In this document: positions 18,664-29,359 of the stretch, one piece after another | How the letters are laid out: each line of letters opens with the position of its first letter | Position numbering within the stretch: position 1 is the first letter of the stretch | Translations under genes and position numbers: made by a program | IMG/VR virus record: IMGVR_UViG_3300036716_001108 | Origin: an uncultured virus (IMG/VR IMGVR_UViG_3300036716_001108) | Taxonomy: Duplodnaviria > Heunggongvirae > Uroviricota > Caudoviricetes | Length of the DNA: 64,000 bases | Strand: one strand, 5' to 3' | The notes under the pieces: model-generated | Told to the model about the DNA's origin: nothing | The model's database searches: none | What the model saw: the letters and a program-made list of their open reading frames with translations, nothing else

Positions 18664-19331
18664 TTTATCTCTGAAATTGTAACGAATTGTAATTCATATT
18701 GTGATAATAAATAGTCTATAACTTGTTCAAAATGTAGATAATTTTCTTCTGTCCATACATTATCATTATGTACCCCATTGATATGTGATTGAAACATAAA
18801 TGTATTCCCATATAAACTTAAACTATCTGGTTTATTTATACCATCTGCACCTATAAAATATTTTGTATCTGAAGGCCACACTATATCTTTATTTATTTCC
18901 TCGTGTCCTGCAACCCATTGAAAATAACTCGACACTACATTTGCACTCTCTTGAGTTAATCCCCAACCTGGTGCTCTGAATCCATGTGGTTTATATCCAC
19001 ATTCTTCCCACAAACTTAATGATTCTTGTATCCTTTGGGTTGTCTCACCAGTAGTCATCTCAAGAAATTCCATCTCACCAATACCTTCGTTTTTACACGC
19101 GTGATAATGTCCATGATTACTCATTTCAATCCAATCATATTGTTTCCAAAAGTCTACAAACTCTTTTGTAAGTGGATACTTACCATGATAATTACTTGGA
19201 ATAAATAAATTAAATTTACATCCATATTTCTCATTAAGTGATTTAAGATATTCCACTTGAACATCACCTTCAATCCCCCAATCCTTTTCTGGATGGATAT
19301 CATCTATTGCTATTACTACATTATTTTTCAT
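18660..19331 (-). CDS. Polysaccharide deacetylase-like protein (DUF2334/NodB fold)
   Basis: IAIDDIHP, HGHYH, GFRAPGW. Confidence 0.78.
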   Translation of the reverse strand: MKNNVVIAIDDIHPEKDWGIEGDVQVEYLKSLNEKYGCKFNLFIPSNYHGKYPLTKEFVDFWKQYDWIEMSNHGHYHACKNEGIGEMEFLEMTTGETTQRIQESLSLWEECGYKPHGFRAPGWGLTQESANVVSSYFQWVAGHEEINKDIVWPSDTKYFIGADGINKPDSLSLYGNTFMFQSHINGVHNDNVWTEENYLHFEQVIDYLLSQYELQFVTISEIK

Positions 19332-19334
19332 ATT

Positions 19335-20372
19335 CTAATTCCATATTGTATGTGTCATACAATCTTTATCAGTTTTATCTACAAATTCATTCCACACTTT
19401 TATAAAATCACTATAATTCTTGTGTTCTGATTTCCATACAGCACTTTCTTTAAAATTACTCATATGGCCCCAATCTAAAAGTTTATAATAGTGTGTTCTA
19501 ACTCTTGGAATATTATTTAATTTATCTTTGAGTTTTTCAAAATCAAATATCTCTTTATAATTTATATTCTGTACTACAAAACTTAAATTAATTTCTTCAA
19601 TGGTATCCAAAGTATTAATATAATCTAAATTATCCATCAACATATCCCAATCTCCATTTCTTCTTACTATCTCATATGTTTCTCTTGTCGAAGCATCAAT
19701 AGATATTTCTACTGATTTAACTAATGGATGTACATTCTTCATACTTTCCCACATACTTTTTGTCCAAAGAGTTCCATTAGTATGTAAATGTATCATTCCT
19801 ATTTTTGGATATTTCTTTGAATCAAACTCTTGTAAAAAACTTCTAAAGAATGGACTTGCAAACGGATCACCTGTTCCTGTAATATATAATCTGTAAGCAT
19901 CTTTAATTATTTCATCCATAACTATTTTATGAATCTTCTCTATATTATTCCACTCATAGGATTTAGGTGAATTCATAACTAATTCATCTCTACAACTTGG
20001 ACAACTTAAATTACAACTTCTATCATAACATAAATTAACCACAAGTGGTCCTGTATTATCAATTGTTTTTAACTTTCTCCATAATATATTTAAATCTTTT
20101 TTCTCAAATACTGGAGAACCTTCTCTTAAAGTATCACTTAATAAATGAGCACAATTTTCTTTAATACAATTTTTAAAAGTTGAGTCTAACATACTTTGTC
20201 TATATTCTTGTGCCACTTTTCCGTTCCAAACTTCTTCCCATGATTGTTCTAATATATTACCCAGTGGTTTTGTAATCCAACCTGGACAACAATTATATAT
20301 ATTACCATCTCCTTGTACTTCTACAAAAGACCATGGTTGTCTACAAAATCTGTTCGAATAAATACTCTGCAT
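19335..20372 (-). CDS. Radical SAM protein with N-terminal SPASM/twitch-like domain
   Basis: CRQPW..DGNIYNCC..LGNILEQSWEEVWN then CNLSCPSC, GDPF, HTNG, SIDA; start re-assigned to MQSIYS. Confidence 0.82.
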   Translation of the reverse strand: MQSIYSNRFCRQPWSFVEVQGDGNIYNCCPGWITKPLGNILEQSWEEVWNGKVAQEYRQSMLDSTFKNCIKENCAHLLSDTLREGSPVFEKKDLNILWRKLKTIDNTGPLVVNLCYDRSCNLSCPSCRDELVMNSPKSYEWNNIEKIHKIVMDEIIKDAYRLYITGTGDPFASPFFRSFLQEFDSKKYPKIGMIHLHTNGTLWTKSMWESMKNVHPLVKSVEISIDASTRETYEIVRRNGDWDMLMDNLDYINTLDTIEEINLSFVVQNINYKEIFDFEKLKDKLNNIPRVRTHYYKLLDWGHMSNFKESAVWKSEHKNYSDFIKVWNEFVDKTDKDCMTHTIWN

Positions 20373-21027
20373 ATTCCTTATACCATAATTCATTTGGATG
20401 TCCATCTTCAATTCTATATTTTTTTGGTGTTTCATAATAAAAATTAAAGTCTAATATATTTTCAATACCATATTTTTTAAACATCTCTTTTTTATCATGA
20501 CCAATTTTTGGTGATAAATTATAAACTTGTTTAAATTTATTTATAGATTCTATACTTGATAAATTTCTCATTACACAATAATCAATATCTGATATATTCA
20601 CAAAATCTTCTGAATATTCAAACTTATCTTTAGTTATAGTGGGATAATATTGAATCAATACACTATCTTGAAAATAAGCTCTTCTATAAAAACTTGGCCA
20701 TTGAAAAACAAGTGTATCAATATCTAAATCTTTAATCTTATGATAAATTAAATATGCCATATCAATACTACCACCTGAAATACCAAAGTTCATACAATTC
20801 CATTTGTTATTAGATAATTGTTGTACTTTAGATGGATATGTATCTTGATTTTCTACCCCTTCCCCATAAGTTATTGAGCACCCCAAAAAAATTATATTTC
20901 TTTCGTAATTATCTGTATTATAATCTATGTTTCTTAAATGTGGATTCCAATTAGGACTATCTAAAGAATCTTTTTGTTTTAAAAAAGTTTGTAAATCTGA
21001 TTCAACTATTTTCTTAAAGTCTGACAT
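20341..21027 (-). CDS. SGNH/GDSL-like hydrolase or acyltransferase
   Basis: FLGCSITYG, NFGISGGS, DGHPN. Confidence 0.72.
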   Translation of the reverse strand: MSDFKKIVESDLQTFLKQKDSLDSPNWNPHLRNIDYNTDNYERNIIFLGCSITYGEGVENQDTYPSKVQQLSNNKWNCMNFGISGGSIDMAYLIYHKIKDLDIDTLVFQWPSFYRRAYFQDSVLIQYYPTITKDKFEYSEDFVNISDIDYCVMRNLSSIESINKFKQVYNLSPKIGHDKKEMFKKYGIENILDFNFYYETPKKYRIEDGHPNELWYKEYAEYLFEQIL

Positions 21028-22004
21028 TATTTTTTATAATCCCTGAATACATCATCCCAAGTATATGTATATCCTTGTTCAGTTAAATTAAACGCATTCA
21101 CTTGAGACATCTTATTAGCATTCTTATACCAATATTGTTGTTCTCTCATTCTTGTTTGATCATCATCTTCGTAATCTTGTCCTTTGATGAAACTTCTTTT
21201 CTTTGGTAACTTTCTATTATGAACCAATAAGATATTCTTTATAATATATTGTGGTAACTTACCTTTGAATTGTATAAGACAACTATTCATAAATGCTGTA
21301 TCTTCGTGTACAAAGAATACACTCTTCGGTATATTAACTCCACTCTTAATTACATCCGATGATATGACTAACCCACACCCATTAAACTTTAATTTGTCTG
21401 TTACTTGAATATCTAAATCATCTACTTTATCGTTTATCTTATCCATTTCATCTTGAGTCATATTGTATCGCAAACTCCACCAATTTGTTAAATCTTGTTC
21501 TGTAAATGGTTTGTCTGTAAAATCTGGATGTTCTAATATCTTCCAACTATCATCCCACATCTTACAAGTACTAAAGAATCCAACATACTTTGGTGTTGTT
21601 TCTTTTGCTGCTGTATGTAGGTTATCTAATATTTCAAATGTCTGTCTTGGTATTAAAGAATCACTCTCTCCCCACATCAACACATCAACCTTCTCACAAT
21701 ACTTTTCATTAAACTCTCTACGATAATCTGCAATTGTAAATAACCTATCTTTATTAATCCAAAAGTCTACATTATACTTAGCACATATAACATCCATTCT
21801 CTTTACTATTTCTTGTGGTGTTATCACATTTCTATCTATCGCTTCCAACTTCTCATTCATATTGAAACAGATATCTATAATAACATTTTCCTTGTTATCC
21901 ACATTCTCTAAAGCATAACTTACACTTTTAATATAATCTTCTATAATTCTAATCTCATAGAACTGAACCAAACACCCTATTGCTATAGTATTATTTAATT
22001 TCAT
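21027..22004 (-). CDS. Putative GT-A glycosyltransferase
   Basis: GESD and HEDT motifs, FNGCG; locus context. Confidence 0.5.
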   Translation of the reverse strand: MKLNNTIAIGCLVQFYEIRIIEDYIKSVSYALENVDNKENVIIDICFNMNEKLEAIDRNVITPQEIVKRMDVICAKYNVDFWINKDRLFTIADYRREFNEKYCEKVDVLMWGESDSLIPRQTFEILDNLHTAAKETTPKYVGFFSTCKMWDDSWKILEHPDFTDKPFTEQDLTNWWSLRYNMTQDEMDKINDKVDDLDIQVTDKLKFNGCGLVISSDVIKSGVNIPKSVFFVHEDTAFMNSCLIQFKGKLPQYIIKNILLVHNRKLPKKRSFIKGQDYEDDDQTRMREQQYWYKNANKMSQVNAFNLTEQGYTYTWDDVFRDYKK

Positions 22005-22758
22005 AGTTATCCTTTATCTTATCCCATACTGATTTCATTAATTCATTTCTCTGTGTTTTTTCAAAACCATTAAAGTGCCATACCCAACCAACATCCCACA
22101 TATCACATAGCCCACTAAAAAGTCCTCTTAAATGTAATTGTGATAAATTAAATCTCTCATCAAGATATACTAATTTATGTTCACTTGCTCGTATCATATA
22201 GTTTATTGGTGTTTGATCTGAACCTTTCTTTAATGTCTCATGTTGTCTCTTTCTTAACTCGTCTTCATTCTTGTAATAGAAATCCGTAACACCTTTACAC
22301 CACTCTTTATGTTTCTTGTTCAATACAATAAAACCACAATTAAAGTAACTTGTCCAATCAAACTTAACATCAGGCCAGAAATCTTGATAACCTGTAATAC
22401 TATTGTGTGTCCACTCAATATTAAATTTATCTTTAACTGCACAAAACTCACCATCAGTTGACTCAAAGAAATTGGGTGCATCCCAATGAATCATTGTATC
22501 AACATCAACTAATGCCACATTATCATATTCTATTTCATTAGCATCTAATACTTCCATTGCATGCCATCGTTGCCAGGTTGGTTTCATACCTGGAACACTA
22601 TATGTTCCATCACCTTTTGGTCGTAACTCATCTTCTAATATAAACAATTGTACATCATTTTTCTTACACCAATAATCCCAACTATTATAACACCATTCTG
22701 CATAATTCAAGACATCTGGAGCCTTTACCATTGCTGTCATGAATACTATATTCTTCAT
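21991..22758 (-). CDS. Glycosyltransferase, GT8-like
   Basis: DVDT DxD, YFNCGFIV, SDQT, WHFNG. Confidence 0.78.
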   Translation of the reverse strand: MKNIVFMTAMVKAPDVLNYAEWCYNSWDYWCKKNDVQLFILEDELRPKGDGTYSVPGMKPTWQRWHAMEVLDANEIEYDNVALVDVDTMIHWDAPNFFESTDGEFCAVKDKFNIEWTHNSITGYQDFWPDVKFDWTSYFNCGFIVLNKKHKEWCKGVTDFYYKNEDELRKRQHETLKKGSDQTPINYMIRASEHKLVYLDERFNLSQLHLRGLFSGLCDMWDVGWVWHFNGFEKTQRNELMKSVWDKIKDNYEIK

Positions 22759-23738
22759 ACATTATACCCACTATAATAAACAACCCAATGCTCAATCATT
22801 TCATCCATTAATGTTTCAAATGTATATTCTGGTTTCCAACCAAAAGTCTCTCTAAGTTTAGTAGAATCTCCTTTTAAATATTTTAAATCTTCTGCTCTCA
22901 TAAATCTCTCATCTTGTATTACATAATTTTTATAATTTAAATCTAACTTATTAAATACATAATCACACATATCTCCAACTGAATTTGTAACTCCAGTGGC
23001 ACATACAAAATCATCTGGTTCTGTATGATTGATTATCATGTGCATAGCTCTTACATAATCCTTTGAATGCCCCCAATCTCTGAAGGCATCTAAATTACCA
23101 AGTGGTAATTCTTTTTGTAGTCCATTCTTAATTCTTACTGCCGACTTAACAACTTTATTTGTTACAAAATTAGAACCTCGTCTTGGCGATTCGTGGTTAA
23201 ATAAAATACCATTACATGCAAATAACTTATAAGCGTTTCTGTAATGTTTAACCATGTTGTACCCAAACACCTTTGTACACCCATAAGGACTCGTTGGCTC
23301 CATCTTTGTAGTTTCCCTTTGATAACCATCGTCATCAACAGAACGACCAAACATCTCTGAAGATGATGCCTGATAGAATCTTGCCGTTGGACAATTATTC
23401 TTGTAGGCCTCCAATACATTTAATAATCCAAGAGCATTTGTCTGTACTGTAAATTGTGGAATATCCATACTGATTCGTACATGACTTTGTGCAGCTATAT
23501 TATATATCTCATCAGGTTGTATAGTTCTTATCAATCTCTCTAATGAACTTACATCAAGTAAATCACCATATTCAACTTCAATATCATTTCTGATTGAATC
23601 TATTCTACTTTGTTGGTGTTCTGCTACAGAATTTCTTCTTACTATTCCGTATACATCATAATCTTGTTCTAACAAATATTCGGCAAGATAACTTCCATCT
23701 TGTCCGTTAATACCTGTTATAAATGCTTTTCTTTTCAT
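22755..23738 (-). CDS. gmd: GDP-mannose 4,6-dehydratase
   Basis: ITGINGQDGSYL, AAQSHV, QASSSEMFG, ILFNHESPRRG..FVT.K, RDWGH. Confidence 0.96.
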   Translation of the reverse strand: MKRKAFITGINGQDGSYLAEYLLEQDYDVYGIVRRNSVAEHQQSRIDSIRNDIEVEYGDLLDVSSLERLIRTIQPDEIYNIAAQSHVRISMDIPQFTVQTNALGLLNVLEAYKNNCPTARFYQASSSEMFGRSVDDDGYQRETTKMEPTSPYGCTKVFGYNMVKHYRNAYKLFACNGILFNHESPRRGSNFVTNKVVKSAVRIKNGLQKELPLGNLDAFRDWGHSKDYVRAMHMIINHTEPDDFVCATGVTNSVGDMCDYVFNKLDLNYKNYVIQDERFMRAEDLKYLKGDSTKLRETFGWKPEYTFETLMDEMIEHWVVYYSGYNV

Positions 23739-24325
23739 TTGTATAACTCCATGTCTCTTAAATCAGGCCAGTCTTCCAATTCCCAATCTTTTGGTTTTGT
23801 ATTTATTGCTTCTGGTAATTTCTCTAATCCCAAACTAGCTGTTTCGGGTGTCATATAATAATGATAGCCCATTGTACTTATATTTTGAACTCGCCATGGA
23901 ACATCCCATTCCCTACCATCATACGACATTTTTTTAAGTTCATCATGAGATTCCTTATCATCTGTTAATATCATCCCACCTCTTCCAAGACTTAAATGTT
24001 TTTGATATTGAAAACTCAAACACATAAAGGTATTTGGAATGTAACTATTCTTTTTCCATAGTACAGCAGCATCTATGATATTCGTACCACCTAATTGATA
24101 ATAGTCTTTCCATTCTCTTTCTTCCCACTCAAACTCAATCCCTATCTTCTCTGCTAAATTTGGAATCGATGGATAAGTGTTTGGTGGTACTGTAAATTTC
24201 TTTATTTCCTTGTATCTCAAACACAATTCTATTGCATGTGTACAACAATCCACAGCTACAGCATATGGTGAACCATAAAACTCTGCTATTTTATCTTCAA
24301 AATCATCTATTACTTTAAAACTCAT
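23735..24325 (-). CDS. Compact DegT/DnrJ/EryC1/StrS sugar aminotransferase
   Basis: AVAVDCCTHAI, IIDAA, SFQYQKHL..GRGG PLP-lysine motif. Confidence 0.8.
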   Translation of the reverse strand: MSFKVIDDFEDKIAEFYGSPYAVAVDCCTHAIELCLRYKEIKKFTVPPNTYPSIPNLAEKIGIEFEWEEREWKDYYQLGGTNIIDAAVLWKKNSYIPNTFMCLSFQYQKHLSLGRGGMILTDDKESHDELKKMSYDGREWDVPWRVQNISTMGYHYYMTPETASLGLEKLPEAINTKPKDWELEDWPDLRDMELYK

Positions 24326-24842
24326 ACCCTAACACCCTTGCTCTATCTATAATCTTAGAACCATCTATTTTTTTAACTAACTTTGCTGGATTTCCTTTAT
24401 ACACACCCCATTCTTCTGTATCTCCCATTAAAACAGAACCAACTGCTAATAAAACTCCCATTCTCAATCTTGCACCACACAATACAACAGAATTAGTTCC
24501 AATGTTAGAAAATGGCTCCATTATAACAGGACCAAATATCTCGTTACCTCGTAATTCTTCAGGAATTAATGCTCCATGTAACCCCGAACCATCAAACTTA
24601 TTAGAACCACACACAATTCTTGACCCTGCCATTATATTATTAAAACCTTTTGCTACAAACAATCCTTTTGGGTTTCCGATACAAGTTACATATGGACTTA
24701 TGTGTACATAATCTCCTATTTCCACACGAGTGGTACAGTAAAATCCCTTATCTATTGCAACTCTATTTCCTAAAGTAACTAAACCAGAATGTTTTATATA
24801 AACATCGTCCGCGATGATAACATCACTACCCTTATTCATCAT
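24315..24842 (-). CDS. Hexapeptide-repeat (LbH) acyltransferase
   Basis: IGDYVHI, NIGTNSVV, GNPAKLVK. Confidence 0.85.
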   Translation of the reverse strand: MMNKGSDVIIADDVYIKHSGLVTLGNRVAIDKGFYCTTRVEIGDYVHISPYVTCIGNPKGLFVAKGFNNIMAGSRIVCGSNKFDGSGLHGALIPEELRGNEIFGPVIMEPFSNIGTNSVVLCGARLRMGVLLAVGSVLMGDTEEWGVYKGNPAKLVKKIDGSKIIDRARVLGYEF

Positions 24843-25257
24843 ACATCACCTTATCATTTTCTATTCCCTTGTATGGTCCTGTTTTATATTCGTATACTAA
24901 TGTATCGTCTTCTAAAATCAAGTATGTGTGGCCACCACCTAAAGTTACAGAACAATCTCCACCATATAGTATTGGTTTCATTAATACAGTTGAATCAGTA
25001 TCATAAAGATGACATTCAACACTACCTTTTATCACTACCCAAGATTCTTGTGCTATAGTTTTCTCTTCACCATCTCTCCAAATATGCTGATGTGGTTTAA
25101 AGGTATGTCCTTTTTTCATATTCATAGAAGATAATTGTAAAAATTCATCAGGACCTACAATATCTAATCGGTGTCCTTTTATATCGTAAAAGTCTATCTC
25201 CCTATATATAATGTGTAATAATCTATCAGGGTTTAATTTTGAATATATTAGTTCCAT
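24832..25257 (-). CDS. Cupin-fold protein (WbuC/sugar isomerase-like)
   Basis: PHQH..QESW..GGH..YEYKTGPY. Confidence 0.7.
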   Translation of the reverse strand: MELIYSKLNPDRLLHIIYREIDFYDIKGHRLDIVGPDEFLQLSSMNMKKGHTFKPHQHIWRDGEEKTIAQESWVVIKGSVECHLYDTDSTVLMKPILYGGDCSVTLGGGHTYLILEDDTLVYEYKTGPYKGIENDKVMYDE

Positions 25258-25260
25258 TTA

Positions 25261-25863
25261 TTATACCTCATATTTACAAATAACCCCTTCATAGTCTTTT
25301 AAAATTAATCCAGGTCTACAATCACTACCCTTTCCTTCTCCAATATATTGAACCAATTCAAAATTACTATTTGATTTAATTACATCTTGTACTGCTTGTC
25401 TTACACCAGTAGTTGGATGTCCATAATCATCAAAAATTAAATACTGGTGTCTATCCCCATAATTTAAACAATTTCTAATATCAGATATAACTCCATCGTA
25501 TGCATGATCACAATCTATAAAACTTACTTGATATTGTGGTAAGTCTAAGTCTTCCCACGATTCTCTATACACATCCTTTTCATGATAAATAATATTATCT
25601 CTATCTTTATTCAACTCTTTTGCCATTCTTAAATTTGGTTCTTCGTGCCAATCTAAAGTTATAACTTGTTTAAATAAATAACTCAATATCCTTGTTGTAT
25701 GCCCATGATTAGTTCCTACTTCCAATATAGTATAATCTTCACACTCTGTATCTTCAAATGATGAAACCAAATCTTCTTTAAATTTTAGAGAAGTCGTATC
25801 TTTATATTGTCTCTTGTCTGGGATGTCTCTCCACATCTCTCTTTTACCTTCAGTTGAAATCAT
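25261..25863 (-). CDS. Class I SAM-dependent methyltransferase (Methyltransf_24-like)
   Basis: ILEVGTNHG, FIDCDHAY, FDDYG. Confidence 0.82.
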   Translation of the reverse strand: MISTEGKREMWRDIPDKRQYKDTTSLKFKEDLVSSFEDTECEDYTILEVGTNHGHTTRILSYLFKQVITLDWHEEPNLRMAKELNKDRDNIIYHEKDVYRESWEDLDLPQYQVSFIDCDHAYDGVISDIRNCLNYGDRHQYLIFDDYGHPTTGVRQAVQDVIKSNSNFELVQYIGEGKGSDCRPGLILKDYEGVICKYEV

Positions 25864-25865
25864 AA

Positions 25866-26711
25866 CTAATACACCTTTATATTTTCATTACATTTACTAA
25901 AAAACCATGCCACTTCAGAATAAGTACTGATTCTACACAATATCATTTCAATTCCTTGTGATAATAAAATCATATCTAAAAAATCATTAGAGTAATCACT
26001 TTCAAATGGTTTCTCATATACATCTGTATAATGAATAAATTTCTTTGTTGGACAACTACTCTTTAAAGTTTCTATTTCCAATCTATTATCGCTTGAAATA
26101 TAAACAACATCTTCTTTTAATTCTTTAACATACTCAATAAATTGATTTCTCTGTACTTCATCCCAATACTTGTGTCTTGCTTGAGCTCTTGGATTCACAT
26201 CTCCACCTCTATTTGCCCCATTCTTAACAAACCCATCTGCATTATATGACCTTAAATGTACTGATGAGAATTTATTATATTCTTTTTTAAATTCATCTAC
26301 ACAATATTGTATTCCTGGATGTACCTTTAAATAATCTTCAAATACTTTTAAAATTTTATCTCTATATGTTTTTGGTATTCTCAAATATTCACAATCTACA
26401 TTTCTACCATCTTCATTGAATGACCAATGAGAATATGGGTCATGCCAAGTAAATCCTTGTCCAACTATTTCATCACCTGTAGTATGTAAATTAAATCCCT
26501 TTGGTATTTCTTTATCTTCTGGAAAAACTAAAAATCTCCATGTATTACAATCTTGTCCTTTTCTATTACCATTATGATGTAACTCTTGATTTTCAAACAA
26601 ATCATTAAAATAACTTAAATCTGTTTGTGATTCTGGATGTAATCTCTTAGCAGAAACTAATTTCTTTATTTGATTACCAATTCCACCACCACCTGTTGCA
26701 ACATATGACAT
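25866..26711 (-). CDS. Fucosyltransferase-like protein (NodZ/GT23/GT11 motifs)
   Basis: GGIGNQ, VHLR, YISSDN, DMILLS..STYS. Confidence 0.7.
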   Translation of the reverse strand: MSYVATGGGGIGNQIKKLVSAKRLHPESQTDLSYFNDLFENQELHHNGNRKGQDCNTWRFLVFPEDKEIPKGFNLHTTGDEIVGQGFTWHDPYSHWSFNEDGRNVDCEYLRIPKTYRDKILKVFEDYLKVHPGIQYCVDEFKKEYNKFSSVHLRSYNADGFVKNGANRGGDVNPRAQARHKYWDEVQRNQFIEYVKELKEDVVYISSDNRLEIETLKSSCPTKKFIHYTDVYEKPFESDYSNDFLDMILLSQGIEMILCRISTYSEVAWFFSKCNENIKVY

Positions 26712-27340
26712 TATTTATTACTCCAAAATGACCATCTCCACATACTATCAAAATCACAATTGTGAGTCTCTTTTAATTTAGTAGTTATATCGTCATATTT
26801 TTGTTGAGCATCATCTACAAAATTATGAAATTGTATTTGTAAGTTTTTCACCTTACTTATAGTTTCTGTATTACACATCCTTAATAGTATATCGTACTCT
26901 CCACCCTCAATATTAATCTTTAATAAATCTACACTATCAAATTTTTCTAAAACTTCATTAACATCAAGTGTATTAATTTTTTCTAATGGTACTTCACTAA
27001 GTTTTTGAACATTACTTTGATAAATACTATCTAAATCATTTTTCTTTTTAAACTCTGATAAAGATTCTGAAGTACTACCGTCATCACACACATGAAAATA
27101 TTCTATTCCAGTTTCACAAGTAATTGCATACTGATAAGGTATGACATTAGTCCAATTGATTTGTTTAAAATATCTTTCTACTGCTTCATATGAATGTACC
27201 TTACATCCAAATCTAATAGCCAAATCTTTTGCCCATAGTCCTGTGTATCCACCAAAATCTAAAACTATACTATCTCTATTTAAATCATATTGATATCTCT
27301 TATCTTCTAAGCTTCCATTCCAATGTCCAACTGGTTTCAT
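26711..27340 (-). CDS. FkbM-family methyltransferase
   Basis: VLDFGGYTG, LLKINIEGGEY, QIQFH. Confidence 0.88.
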   Translation of the reverse strand: MKPVGHWNGSLEDKRYQYDLNRDSIVLDFGGYTGLWAKDLAIRFGCKVHSYEAVERYFKQINWTNVIPYQYAITCETGIEYFHVCDDGSTSESLSEFKKKNDLDSIYQSNVQKLSEVPLEKINTLDVNEVLEKFDSVDLLKINIEGGEYDILLRMCNTETISKVKNLQIQFHNFVDDAQQKYDDITTKLKETHNCDFDSMWRWSFWSNK

Positions 27341-28638
27341 CTTAAATCCTTTAATGTATTAAATCCTATCTTTTGTCCACTTGCAAAAGGAAAATCATTT
27401 CTTCTTAAATACTCATCTAATGATGATTTATATTTACTATTCTTTAATGTGGAATCTAACCATAAAAATTCTTGTACTAAGTACTTATCCAAAAATGGAT
27501 AACGAGTTTCAATACCAAAATGTCCAGCAACATACTCTTCTTTATTCAAATATTGAATTTGTGTACCATCATAAAAACTAACCCAAGGCCAAAATCCTAC
27601 TAAATTAGATGGAAACAATCCACCAAACTGACTATGATTATATATCTTATTTCCTTGAAACCCATAATCACTTATGATTTCATCTGCTCCTTGACCTGAT
27701 AAGTAAATTCTATATCCTTCTTGAGAAGCCTTAGAACATATGTGAGCCAATCCTACAGAAGCCTTATCTCCTTTAAAATTATAACCACCATAACTAAAAT
27801 CTTCACAAGTCTCATTTAAATATTTTTGTTTTGAATCATATTCTTTACGAGTCATATATATAACTTCATGATTTGGTATTCTCTCAACTCTACTCTCAAT
27901 TATACCTTTATCTTCAGGCCCTGCAATAGTATAAGTTTTAAAATCTACATTCTGATTTAACAACTCACAAGCTATTGCACCACTATCATAACCTGAACTA
28001 AGTCCTAAGTATATTTTATATTTACTCTGTACTCTCTTCTCTATACTTTTTTCAAATGCCCGAATCCAATCATCATATGTATTCTTGTATTGTTTAATAT
28101 TAAAATCAAAATTAGTAATCTTATCTTTTAATTCATAAGACTTTAAATCAAATACTAATGTAGTATTGGCATATAATTTAGTTCCATTACTAAACCCCAA
28201 TTGAGATAACTGACTATTGTATGAAGCTATACAAAATTCTTCATCTTTAAAATCATACCACAATGGTTTACATGCAAATGGATCAGTAGAAATTAGAATT
28301 AACTCATTCTTAAAGTCAATTAAACATATTGCAAATTCTCCATCTAATAGTTTAATAAATTCTATTCCATGTTCCTTGTATAAATCTATCAGTACTTCAC
28401 CATCTGTTTTATAATCACCAAAATCTTTATAATTATAAATCTCACCATTAAAAACTACTGCAACATCATCTTTTATATATGGTTGTATGGTTAATTCACC
28501 CGTAAGATGTAGTAAGTTATGTAAAAATTGTACTCCATTTATATCTACAATATTTGTCCTGTCTGGACCTCTGTATTTGGAAAATTGATTTGAAGTTTTT
28601 AAAGACTTACTTGTATTAGATACACCTATACTACACAT
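27337..28638 (-). CDS. Asparagine synthetase B-like glutamine amidotransferase
   Basis: N-terminal MC, RGPD, FNGEIYN, LSSGYDS, SGQGADE, RYPFLD. Confidence 0.9.
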   Translation of the reverse strand: MCSIGVSNTSKSLKTSNQFSKYRGPDRTNIVDINGVQFLHNLLHLTGELTIQPYIKDDVAVVFNGEIYNYKDFGDYKTDGEVLIDLYKEHGIEFIKLLDGEFAICLIDFKNELILISTDPFACKPLWYDFKDEEFCIASYNSQLSQLGFSNGTKLYANTTLVFDLKSYELKDKITNFDFNIKQYKNTYDDWIRAFEKSIEKRVQSKYKIYLGLSSGYDSGAIACELLNQNVDFKTYTIAGPEDKGIIESRVERIPNHEVIYMTRKEYDSKQKYLNETCEDFSYGGYNFKGDKASVGLAHICSKASQEGYRIYLSGQGADEIISDYGFQGNKIYNHSQFGGLFPSNLVGFWPWVSFYDGTQIQYLNKEEYVAGHFGIETRYPFLDKYLVQEFLWLDSTLKNSKYKSSLDEYLRRNDFPFASGQKIGFNTLKDLR

Positions 28639-29359
28639 AATTTTTTATGTATTTAGTCCACTTGGGATTTGTTATTCTAGCATTATATTGTTCATCAAAT
28701 GTTTCGTATAATTTACTTCCCTTAAAATGTACAATTACAGTTTCTTCCATTGGTGGTGGATGATATCGATTAACTACATCTTGTTCCACCTCTACTATAT
28801 CCAAATCAGTATTTTTTAAATACCAACCAACACACTCTGTTAATGATGGACTTTCATGTGCCCCTTTGCCAGTTTTACTTTGTGTCAAATCCATCCAATC
28901 ATGTACAAAGGTTTTTGTTTTTTCATGATTTATACTAAAAAAATATGAACCAATATATTTAACAGAATTACCTGGCCTAACACAAACTTGTATATCTCCA
29001 CCCTTATCTAATAAAGTATGTAAATCCTGTATGATTAACATATCCGCATCCAACATTAATAGTGGTTCTTTAATCTCTGTAAGTATTTTGTATAAATGAA
29101 CTGTTTTTCCCTTGACATTTTTTTGCCAATCTTCACCCCAAGTTCCACCACTAAAATTAGTTTCAAGACCAGTAATATTTATTTTAATGATATCAGATTT
29201 ATCCAAGAAATAATCTCTCTGTTCCTCTGTTAATCCATTATCAATTATATAGATATTTTTTAAATACTTTGAATCACATTTATCCAACATAGAATTAACT
29301 AATATTTTAAGATGTGGAAAATAACTTTTATCACTTGTAGTTAATACACTATATTCCAA
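28631..29359 (-). CDS. Nucleotide-diphospho-sugar transferase (GT-A)
   Basis: MLDADM DxD, VHFKG. Confidence 0.7.
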   Translation of the reverse strand: MEYSVLTTSDKSYFPHLKILVNSMLDKCDSKYLKNIYIIDNGLTEEQRDYFLDKSDIIKINITGLETNFSGGTWGEDWQKNVKGKTVHLYKILTEIKEPLLMLDADMLIIQDLHTLLDKGGDIQVCVRPGNSVKYIGSYFFSINHEKTKTFVHDWMDLTQSKTGKGAHESPSLTECVGWYLKNTDLDIVEVEQDVVNRYHPPPMEETVIVHFKGSKLYETFDEQYNARITNPKWTKYIKNYV

